A stretch of 38,493 nucleotides of DNA, taken from contig JBHIBG010000019.1 in NCBI GenBank assembly GCA_046758965.1, positions 1 to 38,493 of the forward strand. The letters are read 5' to 3'. This document shows positions 26,163 to 34,829 of this stretch, piece after piece. The stretch comes from Candidatus Methylomirabilia bacterium. Lineage in GTDB: Bacteria; Methylomirabilota; Methylomirabilia; Rokubacteriales; CSP1-6. A program made the position numbers and the translations under genes. A model generated the notes under the pieces. The model saw only the letters and a list, made by a program, of their open reading frames with translations, was not told where the DNA came from and ran no database searches. Position 1 is the stretch's first letter, and every line of letters begins with the position of its first letter.

Positions 26163-27895
26163 TGGATCTCGTCACCATCGAGGTCGTCCAGAACCAGCTC
26201 CTCACCGCCGCCGAGGAGATGGGAATCACCCTGGTCCGGACCGCCTACTCCCCCAACATCAAGGAGCGACGTGATAGCTCAGCGGCGATCCTCGGCCCCG
26301 TCGGATCGATCGTCGCGCAGGCTTCCCATATCCCAATGCATCTCTCATCGATGGTGGAGCTGGCCCAGGAGCTCTTCCGGTCTTACCCGCGGGAGGCCCT
26401 GAGGCCCGGCGACATGTTCGTGGCCAACGATCCCTACGTGGGCGCCGGCTCCCACCTGAACGACTTGGCCGTCATCGCGCCCGTCTTTGTCGAGCGAACG
26501 CTGGTGGCCTTCGTGGCGAATGCGGCGCACCACGCGGATATCGGAGGCCGGGTCGCGGGGAGCGAATCGGGGGATTCGAGGACGATCTTCCAGGACGGGC
26601 TCCGGATCCCGATCGCCAGGATCATCCACCGGGGGCGGCTCGACGACGGGCTCTTCCGCACCATCCTCCTGAACTCCCGGACCCCGGAGGAGCGAGTGGG
26701 GGACCTGAGAGCTCAGTTCGCCGCCAACCGGGCCGGAGCGAGGCGCATCGAGGAGATCACCCGGCGATACGGACGTCAGGCCTTGATCGAGTGCATGGGC
26801 GCGATTGCTGACTACACCGAGCGGAGAGTCCGGCACGCGATCCGTTCTCTCCCGCCGGGGGTCTACACCGCCTCCGGGTATACGGATGACAACGGTCTCG
26901 AACCGACCTCCGTGGCGATCCGCTTGGCCGTCCACGTGAGAGACGGTGAGATGCTCTTCGACTTCTCGGGCACGGACCCTCAGATCCCCGGAGCCAAGAA
27001 TGTCCCGCTGGTCTCGCTCCTGGCGACGGTGTACTACGTGGTCAAGGCCGTCGTCGACCCCGACATCCCGTCAAACGCGGGGTTCTATCGGGCCATCACC
27101 GTCCTGGCGCCGTACGGGAGCGTTCTCAACCCGGCCCCGCCAGCGGCGGTAGCCGCGCGCTTCACCACCTGCCAGAAGGTGGCGGACGTGATTCTGACGG
27201 CCCTCGCCACCGCAGTGCCGGAGCGGGTGGTTGCGCACTGTCATGGGGGCACGCTCGCCATCTACTCCGGGACCGATCCGCGGACCGGGGAGTTCTTCGT
27301 GGACTACGAGGTGTACGCGGGCGGAAGCGGCGCCAGGTTCAACAAGGACGGCGCGGACGGAATGGCCAACCACACCACCAACACCTCCAATCTCCCGATC
27401 GAGTGCCTGGAACAGGAGTTCCCGCTGCTGGTGGAACGCTACGAGCTGCGCCCTGATTCAGGAGGTGCCGGACGGTTTCGGGGCGGGCTGGGAGTGATTC
27501 GAGAGGTGCGGGGGCTCGACCGAGAGCTGACCGTTGGCGGGTGGGGGTGCGACCAGCGCGTGCCGCCAGCAGGACTCCGGGGCGGCCGGGACGGCGCGCC
27601 CGGGAGGTTCGAGCTCCACTCCCCCGGTTCCTCCTCGCCGGATATCGTGAGATCCACGGTGGCCGGGACCAGGCTCCCGGCGAACGGTCGGCTCAGAATC
27701 GCCACCTCCGGCGGCGGAGGCTTCGGTGATCCGCTGGATCGAGCGCCCGAGCACGTGCTCCGAGACGTCCTGGAGGGGAAGATCACCCCTGAGCACGCTC
27801 GATCGGCCTACGGCGTGGTGATTCAGGGCCAGGCAGTGGACCGTGGTGCCACCGAGACACTCCGACGACACCTCCGGGAGGGATCTCATGACTGA
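26162..27895 (+). CDS. Hydantoinase/5-oxoprolinase subunit B, copy 2
   Basis: RTAYSPNIKERRD, NDPYVGAGSHLND, HHADIGG, DSGGAGRFRGG, GGGGFGDP; TGATG stop/start overlap with subunit A. Confidence 0.92.
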   Translation: MDLVTIEVVQNQLLTAAEEMGITLVRTAYSPNIKERRDSSAAILGPVGSIVAQASHIPMHLSSMVELAQELFRSYPREALRPGDMFVANDPYVGAGSHLNDLAVIAPVFVERTLVAFVANAAHHADIGGRVAGSESGDSRTIFQDGLRIPIARIIHRGRLDDGLFRTILLNSRTPEERVGDLRAQFAANRAGARRIEEITRRYGRQALIECMGAIADYTERRVRHAIRSLPPGVYTASGYTDDNGLEPTSVAIRLAVHVRDGEMLFDFSGTDPQIPGAKNVPLVSLLATVYYVVKAVVDPDIPSNAGFYRAITVLAPYGSVLNPAPPAAVAARFTTCQKVADVILTALATAVPERVVAHCHGGTLAIYSGTDPRTGEFFVDYEVYAGGSGARFNKDGADGMANHTTNTSNLPIECLEQEFPLLVERYELRPDSGGAGRFRGGLGVIREVRGLDRELTVGGWGCDQRVPPAGLRGGRDGAPGRFELHSPGSSSPDIVRSTVAGTRLPANGRLRIATSGGGGFGDPLDRAPEHVLRDVLEGKITPEHARSAYGVVIQGQAVDRGATETLRRHLREGSHD

Positions 27896-29216
27896 TCGAC
27901 TCTCGAGCGGAAAGTCCGGCCGTCTGCTCGCGTCGGCCAGGCGGGTCCTGATGAGGAGCTTCTTGCGCGACTTCGAGCTGCCCGTGATCGAGCGGGCGTC
28001 AGGGGCGGTCATCACCGATGTGGACGGCAAGGAGTACCTCGACTTCAGCTCAGGCCAGATGTGCGCCACGGTCGGCCACAACCACCCGCGCATTGTCAAG
28101 GCCATTCGCGAGAACGCCCAGAAGGCGCTCCACTTGAACAGCTCCATGCTCGCTCCCGAGGTCATCAGCCTGGCCCGGCGTCTGACCGATCTCCTCCCCT
28201 CCCCCCTCAAGAAGATCTTCTTCCTCTCCACCGGCGGCGAGTCCACCGAGGCAGCGATCAAGATGGCCAAGAAGGCCGCTGGCAAATTCGAGATCGTCGG
28301 GCTGGCCGACTCCTTCCACGGCTCGACGGGGGGCGCGCTCTCGAGCACGTTCATCCCGGAACGACGGGCAGGCCACGGCCCCATGCTCCCGGGGAGCCAC
28401 GCGATCTTCGCCCCCAGCTGCTACCGTTGCCCGCTCAAGCTCGCCTTCCCCGAGTGCGACTATGCCTGCGCTCGAACCGGCTTCGACCTGGTGGACAAGC
28501 AGAGCGTCGGCTCCCTCGCCGCCCTGATCGCCGAACCGATCCAGGGTGCAGCCGGCATCGTGGAGCCGCCGCCGGGGTACCTGGCCGTGCTCCGGGACCT
28601 CTGCCGCGAGCGGGAGATGCTCTTCATCCTGGATGAGGCGCAGACCGGGCTTGGCCGGCTGGGAGATATGTGGGGGTTTCAGCGCGACGGCGCCGCGCCT
28701 GACATCCTGGCGCTCTCGAAGACGCTCGGCGGTGGCATCCCCCTAGCCGCTACAGTCACCTCACCGGCTATCGAGGAGCGGTGCTACGAAAACGGCTTCT
28801 GGTTCTACACCTCACATCTTAACGAGCCGCTTCCTGCCGCAGTGGGGCTGGCGGTCCTCGATGCGATCGAGGAGGAACGATTGGTCGACGCGGCGCGCGA
28901 GAAGGGCGCCCACCTCAAGAAGGGACTCCTCGCCCTCAAGGAGCGCTACGAGATCATCGGCGATGTGCGCGGCCGCGGGCTCCTGATGGGTGTGGACTTC
29001 GTCCAGGACCGGGTGAGCAAGACCCCGGCGGAGACCCAGGCGGAGGCGATCAGCCGGCACTGCCTGGAGCGCGGGCTCTTCATGGCCCCGATTCACCAGC
29101 GCGGGCAGTATTTCGTTTGGCGGGTGGCTCCTCCCCTGAGCATCTCCTTCGAGGAGATCGATCGGGCGCTGGAGATCATCGAGACCGCCATCGGGACCGT
29201 CTGTGGAGGAGCGTGA
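27888..29216 (+). CDS. Class III aminotransferase, 2,2-dialkylglycine decarboxylase-like
   Basis: LDFSSGQM, LSTGGES, LDEAQTG, LSKTLGGG (PLP Lys), FYTSHLNEPLPAAVGL, RVAPPL; overlaps the upstream stop. Confidence 0.85.
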   Translation: MTDRLSSGKSGRLLASARRVLMRSFLRDFELPVIERASGAVITDVDGKEYLDFSSGQMCATVGHNHPRIVKAIRENAQKALHLNSSMLAPEVISLARRLTDLLPSPLKKIFFLSTGGESTEAAIKMAKKAAGKFEIVGLADSFHGSTGGALSSTFIPERRAGHGPMLPGSHAIFAPSCYRCPLKLAFPECDYACARTGFDLVDKQSVGSLAALIAEPIQGAAGIVEPPPGYLAVLRDLCREREMLFILDEAQTGLGRLGDMWGFQRDGAAPDILALSKTLGGGIPLAATVTSPAIEERCYENGFWFYTSHLNEPLPAAVGLAVLDAIEEERLVDAAREKGAHLKKGLLALKERYEIIGDVRGRGLLMGVDFVQDRVSKTPAETQAEAISRHCLERGLFMAPIHQRGQYFVWRVAPPLSISFEEIDRALEIIETAIGTVCGGA

Positions 29217-29375
29217 TGGCAGCGGCTTCAGCTGCCTCAGCGGGCACCGCCATGCAGCACCGCGACGAAAACCCTTGACGGCGATGCCCTCATATCAGAT
29301 GCTCGGCACACCATTAGATGCGTGAGGTCCGGCCACTAACGACGGAGGAGGGCGGACCTCCAAGGAGAGTCAGAC

Positions 29376-31286
29376 ATGGCGACTAGGGTCACTGCGAAGC
29401 TTCTTCACGTGGACCTCACGACTCGACAGACCCGGGTCGAGGAGATTCCCGAAGCGGTTCTGCGAAAGCACCTTGGTGGCGGTGCCCTGGCCAGCTATCT
29501 GCTCCTCCGGGAGATGCCGCCGGGTGTGGATCCCCTGGGGCCCGATAATATCCTCGTGTTCACGACCAGCGTGATCAACGGGCTCTCCCTTTCCGGGACC
29601 AACCGCTACACCGCAGCGGCCAAGTCGCCGCTGACCGGCGGGTACGGAGAATCGGAGGCCGGAGGGTGGTGGGGGCCTGAGCTGCGGGCGGCAGGCTACG
29701 ACGGCCTGGTGATCCGGGGACAGGCCGGGTCCCCGGTCTATCTCTGGATCAAGGACGGGGAGGTGGAGTTCAGAGATGCGCGCCCCTACTGGGGCCGGCT
29801 CTCAGGGGAAGTGCAGGACGGGCTTGAGCGGGAGCTGGCCGACCGTCGCATCCGCGTGCTGCAGACCGGCGTCGCCGGGGAGCGAGGGGTGCGCTTTGCC
29901 GCCATCGTGAACCAGCTCAAGCACTTCCACGGCCGGTGCGGGCTCGGGGCGGTCATGGGGGCCAAGGGGCTCAAAGCGATCGTGGTCCGAGGCACGAAGC
30001 TTCCCATCGCCATGGACAAAGGCGGCGCCCGTGCCACGCTGACCTGGTTCCGGGAGCACTACGACCGCTCCAAGGACCGCTTTCACCAGCTCGGCACGGC
30101 CGGCGTGGTTCTCATGCTCGAGGCCAGCGGCATCCTCCCCACCCGGAACTTCCGAGACGGCTCCTTCGAGCACGCCCGCGCCATCAGCGGGCGGGCCATG
30201 GCGGACAGCATCTTGGTCGATCGCGGCACCTGCTATGCGTGCGCCGTGGCGTGCAAGCGCGAGGTCGCCGTCCCGGAGGACGGCGTGGTGCCGAAATACG
30301 GCGGCCCCGAGTACGAGACGCTGGCTGCCACGGGGTCCCTCTGCGGAGTGGGAGACCTTCGGGCCGTCGCGCGCATGCACCAGCTCCTGGGTCAGTACGT
30401 TCTCGATTCCATCTCCGCCGGCGCCGTCATGGCCTTTGCCATGGAATGCTACGAGCACGGCATCTTGACCGAAGAGGACACGGGCGGGCTCGACCTCACG
30501 TGGGGGAACGCCGGAGCCGTTGAGCAGCTCGTGCACCTGATCGGCCGACGGGAGGGAATCGGCAAGGTTCTGGGCGAGGGAGCCCGCCGGGCCGCCGAGA
30601 GCATCGGCCGAGGCGCCGAGCGCTTCGCGCTCCACGTGAAGGGCCAGGAGCTTCCGATGCACGACCCCCGGGGGAAGAAAGGCCTTTCGCTGGCGTATGC
30701 CCTTTCGTCCACGGGCGCGGACCACATGGAGGCTCCTCATGACCCTCTCTACGAGGGCTTTCATGCGACGGGCCACCCGCTCGGGCCGCTGGGCCTCATC
30801 GAGCCCGTCGACGTCCTGGATCTCGGGCCTCGCAAGGTGAGAGCGTTCTTCCTCACGCAGCAGGTCTGGAGCCTCTATAACTCCGTGGGCATGTGCGACT
30901 TCGTGGGGATCCCTCTAGGCAGCCTGGCGCTGGAGCAGCTGGTAGCGTACGTCAACAGCGTGACCGGCTGGAACATGAGCCTCTACGAGATGATCAAGGT
31001 GGGGGAGCGGGCCAACACGCTGCAGCGGCTGTTCAACTGCCGTGAGGGGTTCACGCCCGACGACGATCTCCTGCCCCATCGCCTGCACGAGGGGATCGGA
31101 AATGGTCCCCTCACAGGCGAGCGGATTGATCCGGACCAGTTTCTGGCCGCGCGCCGCCTCTACTACGAGATGGCGGGGTGGGATCCGGAGACAGGCTGGC
31201 CCACGGCCGCCAAGCTGGCGGAGCTCGCGGTGGATGAGCCGGCCCCTATCGCTCGCCGACGACGAAGTGGAGCCCCGCGAGTTTGA
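29376..31286 (+). CDS. Aldehyde:ferredoxin oxidoreductase family (tungstopterin) protein
   Basis: AKSPLTGG, GRCGLGAVMGAKGLKAI, CYACAVAC Fe-S motif, GPEYET, DSISAG, VKGQELPMHDPRG; AAGGAG RBS. Confidence 0.92.
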   Translation: MATRVTAKLLHVDLTTRQTRVEEIPEAVLRKHLGGGALASYLLLREMPPGVDPLGPDNILVFTTSVINGLSLSGTNRYTAAAKSPLTGGYGESEAGGWWGPELRAAGYDGLVIRGQAGSPVYLWIKDGEVEFRDARPYWGRLSGEVQDGLERELADRRIRVLQTGVAGERGVRFAAIVNQLKHFHGRCGLGAVMGAKGLKAIVVRGTKLPIAMDKGGARATLTWFREHYDRSKDRFHQLGTAGVVLMLEASGILPTRNFRDGSFEHARAISGRAMADSILVDRGTCYACAVACKREVAVPEDGVVPKYGGPEYETLAATGSLCGVGDLRAVARMHQLLGQYVLDSISAGAVMAFAMECYEHGILTEEDTGGLDLTWGNAGAVEQLVHLIGRREGIGKVLGEGARRAAESIGRGAERFALHVKGQELPMHDPRGKKGLSLAYALSSTGADHMEAPHDPLYEGFHATGHPLGPLGLIEPVDVLDLGPRKVRAFFLTQQVWSLYNSVGMCDFVGIPLGSLALEQLVAYVNSVTGWNMSLYEMIKVGERANTLQRLFNCREGFTPDDDLLPHRLHEGIGNGPLTGERIDPDQFLAARRLYYEMAGWDPETGWPTAAKLAELAVDEPAPIARRRRSGAPRV

Positions 31287-33504
31287 GGCGGATGGCGTCC
31301 GCTTGGCCTCTTGCCACCCCCGGGTGCTCGGTGACCAGATTCAGGGCCGTCTGGAGATGGCCGATCGCCTCCTGGTTGGCCCCTACGGCCACTGCGCGGT
31401 CGGCCGCGGTCAAGAGGCACGGCAGCGCCTGCACCCGCCGGTCGCTCTGCGCCCAGTGGTGGGCGAGTTGATCACAGACTTCCTCGGTCCGGCCCCGGTA
31501 CAGCCGCTCCAGCATCTCGGCAGCTCGCCGGTGGCGAGTCTGGCGGTCAGGCTGGAGGAGGGCGCCGTAAGCGACCTCCTGGGTCAGGACATGACGGAAT
31601 ATCACGCTCGCGATCGGACGTCCGGCCTCGCGGTCAAGGAACCCCCTCCGCTCGACCTGGGTCAGATCCTCCTCGAACCGATCTCCGGAGACCAAGGCGC
31701 GCAGGTAGGCCAGCGGAAACTGCTTGCCGAGCACGGCGGCGTCGGCGATCAGCTCGCGAGCAGAAGCGGGGAGACGATCGATCCGTGAAGAGATCAGGGC
31801 GCTGATGGTGGAGGGAACGACCCCTTCCACGCCTTCCCGGAGATCGTACGCTCCGTGATCGAGTACCAGGTCTCCCCGCTCCCGGAACGCCCGGACCAGC
31901 TCCTCGACGTAGAATGGGTTCCCCTCCGACCGCGCCGCCACGATCCGGCGCAAGCGATCGCTCGCCGGGTACGGGTCCACCTGCGCGTCCACCAGGGCGT
32001 GGATGTCCGACGGCGAGAGCGCTTTCAGGAACAATTCCTGGACCCGACCGAGCTCGAGGTTGCTGCCCGCGAGGGGGAGGCGCGAGGTCATGAGGAGCAT
32101 GAGACGAAGACCCCGGGCCTCGAGCGCCAGGTGCCTGAGTAGCTCCTCCGACGACGGGTCGAGCCACTGAAGGTCCTCGACGAGAAGAAGCCTGGGCTCC
32201 CGCCGACACTCCTCCGTCACCCAGGCCGTCACCGCCTCACGCAGCCGGTCTCTCTGATCATCCGGCGCGCTGGCCTGCTGCCTCGAGGGGGCTTCGGAGC
32301 CGGTTCCGAGGAGGGAGAAGATCTCCGGTGCGCGCGCCGCGAGGTCAGGCGAGAGGTCCCACAGGCGGCGATGGAGCTGGTCGCGCGTAGCGGCGAGATC
32401 GACCGCCGGATCAATGCCGGCCAATTGCCTGAGCAGCTGGCGGAAGACAAAGTAGGCCGTACCCCGCGCGTGGGAGAGAGCCGCTCCCTCGATTCGCTCG
32501 GCGATCCCCAGGCTTCGCTGGAACTCGTAGGCGAGCCGTGACTTCCCGATGCCGGGCTCCCCGACCAGACAGACCGCCTCGCCGTGCCCCTTGACCACGC
32601 GCTCCCAGCACTCGCCAAGGGCGAGCAGCTCAGCCTCGCGCCCTCGGAACGGGGAGACGCCGCGCCGCAACGAGGCCTCGAGGCGGGAGACGACCGTGCC
32701 CTCCGCTTCCAGGACGTACGCCTCGACTGGCTCTGACAGGCCACGCACGCGCATCAGCCCCAGCGAGCGGAAGCGAAAGAACCCTTCACCCAGGTGATAG
32801 GTCGGAGCCGCCACCGTGATCGTCCCGGGGTCCGCTGCCTGCTGCATCCGCGCGGCAAGGTTCGTGGTCAACCCCTGGGCAGTGTAGTCCATCCTGAGGT
32901 CATCTCCGATCGCGCCCACGACAACGGGACCGCTGTTGAGCCCGAGCCGCACCTGGAAAGAGAGGCCCTTGTCCCGTCGCAGCGCGTCGGCATACTCCTT
33001 GAACCCTCGCTGGATCTCCAACGCGGCGTGCAGGGCGCGCCGGGCATGGTCCTCATGGGCGATCGGCGCGCCGAAGAGCGCCATGATCCCGTCCCCGGTG
33101 AACTGGTTGACGGTCCCCTCCCAGCGATGCACCGCATCCAGCATCAGCTGGAAGGCGCCGTCCATGACCGCGTGGAACTCCTCGGGGTCAAGGGCGCCGG
33201 CGAGGTCGGTCGAGCCCTGGACATCCACGAAGAGAACGGTGACCTCCTTGCGCTCGCCCCTGAGAGCCCGTCCATCCGTGAGGATTCGCTCTGCAAGGTG
33301 GTGAGGCGTGTAGGAGGCCGGCGCGCGTGAAGCGGGCCTCGGCGGCGCGGGGGAAGTCAGCGCCGCTCCGCAGCTGTCGCAGAAGCGGGCCTCGGGACGC
33401 GCGCTCTGGCCGCAGGAAGGGCAGCGTCCCTCAAGCGGCCGGCCACAGGCCTCGCAGAAGCGCGCGCCCTCGCGCGTCTCATGGCCGCATGCCGGGCAGT
33501 TCAC
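31246..33504 (-). CDS. Double zinc ribbon + class III nucleotide cyclase + P-loop NTPase protein
   Basis: Four CxxC pairs at the N-terminus; VLFVDVQGST, FTGDGIMALFG, TTNLAARMQ; Walker A GEPGIGKS, LLLVEDLQW, GNPFYVEE, FRHVLTQEVAY. Confidence 0.9.
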   Translation of the reverse strand: MNCPACGHETREGARFCEACGRPLEGRCPSCGQSARPEARFCDSCGAALTSPAPPRPASRAPASYTPHHLAERILTDGRALRGERKEVTVLFVDVQGSTDLAGALDPEEFHAVMDGAFQLMLDAVHRWEGTVNQFTGDGIMALFGAPIAHEDHARRALHAALEIQRGFKEYADALRRDKGLSFQVRLGLNSGPVVVGAIGDDLRMDYTAQGLTTNLAARMQQAADPGTITVAAPTYHLGEGFFRFRSLGLMRVRGLSEPVEAYVLEAEGTVVSRLEASLRRGVSPFRGREAELLALGECWERVVKGHGEAVCLVGEPGIGKSRLAYEFQRSLGIAERIEGAALSHARGTAYFVFRQLLRQLAGIDPAVDLAATRDQLHRRLWDLSPDLAARAPEIFSLLGTGSEAPSRQQASAPDDQRDRLREAVTAWVTEECRREPRLLLVEDLQWLDPSSEELLRHLALEARGLRLMLLMTSRLPLAGSNLELGRVQELFLKALSPSDIHALVDAQVDPYPASDRLRRIVAARSEGNPFYVEELVRAFRERGDLVLDHGAYDLREGVEGVVPSTISALISSRIDRLPASARELIADAAVLGKQFPLAYLRALVSGDRFEEDLTQVERRGFLDREAGRPIASVIFRHVLTQEVAYGALLQPDRQTRHRRAAEMLERLYRGRTEEVCDQLAHHWAQSDRRVQALPCLLTAADRAVAVGANQEAIGHLQTALNLVTEHPGVARGQADAIRLKLAGLHFVVGER

Positions 33505-33511
33505 CGCCTCG

Positions 33512-34051
33512 CTACCCCTCCCGGAGTCCCACGTCCAGTGCGCTCGTCACCGTTGTGGCAAGGCCCCAGAAGCCTGCCACCCCGATCATCTCCAGTATCT
33601 CGTCTTTCGAAAACCCAGCGCGCTCCATCTCGCGGTAGTCATCGGGCTTCAACCCGCCTGGGTCGTTCGCGACCCTGAGGGTGAACTCGACGAAACGCCG
33701 CTCACGGTCGGAGAGCGGTAACGCGGCCGGCGCCTGGCACATGTTATCCAGGGCGGCGTCGTCCAACCCGAGTTTCAACAAGAACTCCCGGCTTGCATTG
33801 AAGCATGGACGACATCCCTTGGCATGGGCGATCAGCATGGACGCGATGAACTGGGCTGTCCCAAAGCGGTTCGGCACGGGGATCAAGTCCTCGAACGCCT
33901 GGACAAAGGCCTTGAGCAATCTGGGATACTTGGCCATCGCATACAAACCCGGCGACAGTCGGTCGGATCGGGAGCGCTTCTTGGCGACGTCGATAAATTC
34001 CTTCGCCTCAGGCGCGAGTTGATCCTCAGGGACGTATTCGAAGAACGCCAT
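33512..34051 (-). CDS. AhpD/carboxymuconolactone decarboxylase-like CxxC protein, paralogue B
   Basis: CRPC motif, LSDRERRFVEF, GFSKDEILE; aligns with the upstream neighbour; CAGGAGG RBS. Confidence 0.7.
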   Translation of the reverse strand: MAFFEYVPEDQLAPEAKEFIDVAKKRSRSDRLSPGLYAMAKYPRLLKAFVQAFEDLIPVPNRFGTAQFIASMLIAHAKGCRPCFNASREFLLKLGLDDAALDNMCQAPAALPLSDRERRFVEFTLRVANDPGGLKPDDYREMERAGFSKDEILEMIGVAGFWGLATTVTSALDVGLREG

Positions 34052-34070
34052 GGCATGCCCTCCTGCTCAG

Positions 34071-34610
34071 TCACTCGTCCGCAAGCCCGGCGCCCACAGA
34101 TTGAGTAAAGACCATATTCATGGTCCAGTAAGCCACAAAGCCGATGATCTCCTGGATCTCCTCCTTCGAGAATCCGTGCTCGGCCATCTCCTTGAAATCC
34201 TTAGGCTGGAGATCGGCGGATCCCGTCGCGATCTTGAGCGCGTAGCGGACGAACAAACGGTCGCGTTCTTTGAGCGGTAGGGCATCGGGGTTGATGCAAA
34301 TTCCATCTAATGTCGCCTCGTCGAAGCCCAGTCTATTTAGCTCAAACCGAGAGGCGCCAAAGCACCCCTCGCATCTTTTCGTGTGGGCAATGAGCATGAC
34401 GGCCAGGTTTCGTGCCTCCCATGAAAATCTACACTGGTGAGATAGATTCTCATACGCCTTCACCCTTGCCTCGATAATTCTTGGGGAGCGCCCCATTGCT
34501 CTCCAACGGGGGGGAGTGTTTTCAGCTCCGGTGAGGCGCCGGTACTCTTCCAGCATCTGCCGGACTTCCGGGGAGAGTTCCTCGTCTGTGGGAAGGTCGA
34601 AGAACGCCAT
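34071..34610 (-). CDS. AhpD/carboxymuconolactone decarboxylase-like CxxC protein, paralogue A
   Basis: CEGC motif, LKERDRLFVRY, GFSKEEIQE; GAGGAG RBS. Confidence 0.7.
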   Translation of the reverse strand: MAFFDLPTDEELSPEVRQMLEEYRRLTGAENTPPRWRAMGRSPRIIEARVKAYENLSHQCRFSWEARNLAVMLIAHTKRCEGCFGASRFELNRLGFDEATLDGICINPDALPLKERDRLFVRYALKIATGSADLQPKDFKEMAEHGFSKEEIQEIIGFVAYWTMNMVFTQSVGAGLADE

Positions 34611-34675
34611 GGCGCTTTCTCCTCTGACTTGCCGGACATTCTGGATGCCTCAAAGGGTGGATTTCTTGTGAAGCG

Positions 34676-34704
34676 AACGTACCATGCGCCCGACAGGTGT
34701 GCAA
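34676..34704 (-). promoter_or_regulatory. Candidate sigma70 promoter of the AhpD-like/cyclase operon
   Basis: Minus strand TTGCAC (34704-34699), 17-nt spacer, TACGTT (34681-34676), preceded by TGG (extended -10). Confidence 0.4.
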
Positions 34705-34829
34705 GCCACGAACCCATACTGGACTTGCATTCCCTGCGCCTCCACAGCGGATACTACACAGAGGGCTTGGGTGATTCCTTCAAAGCCGTGCTACCATGCC
34801 CTCTGCCAGCTGGAAAGGGGGGAGCCGAG

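Noticed and set aside
29217..29375. Moco/tungsten riboswitch or terminator upstream of AOR (hairpins GGCAGC/GCTGCC and GAGGTCCG/CGGACCTC)
   Set aside because: No U-tract after either hairpin, the leader after the TTGACG at 29275 looks too short, and I cannot match a known motif; an Rfam scan would settle it.
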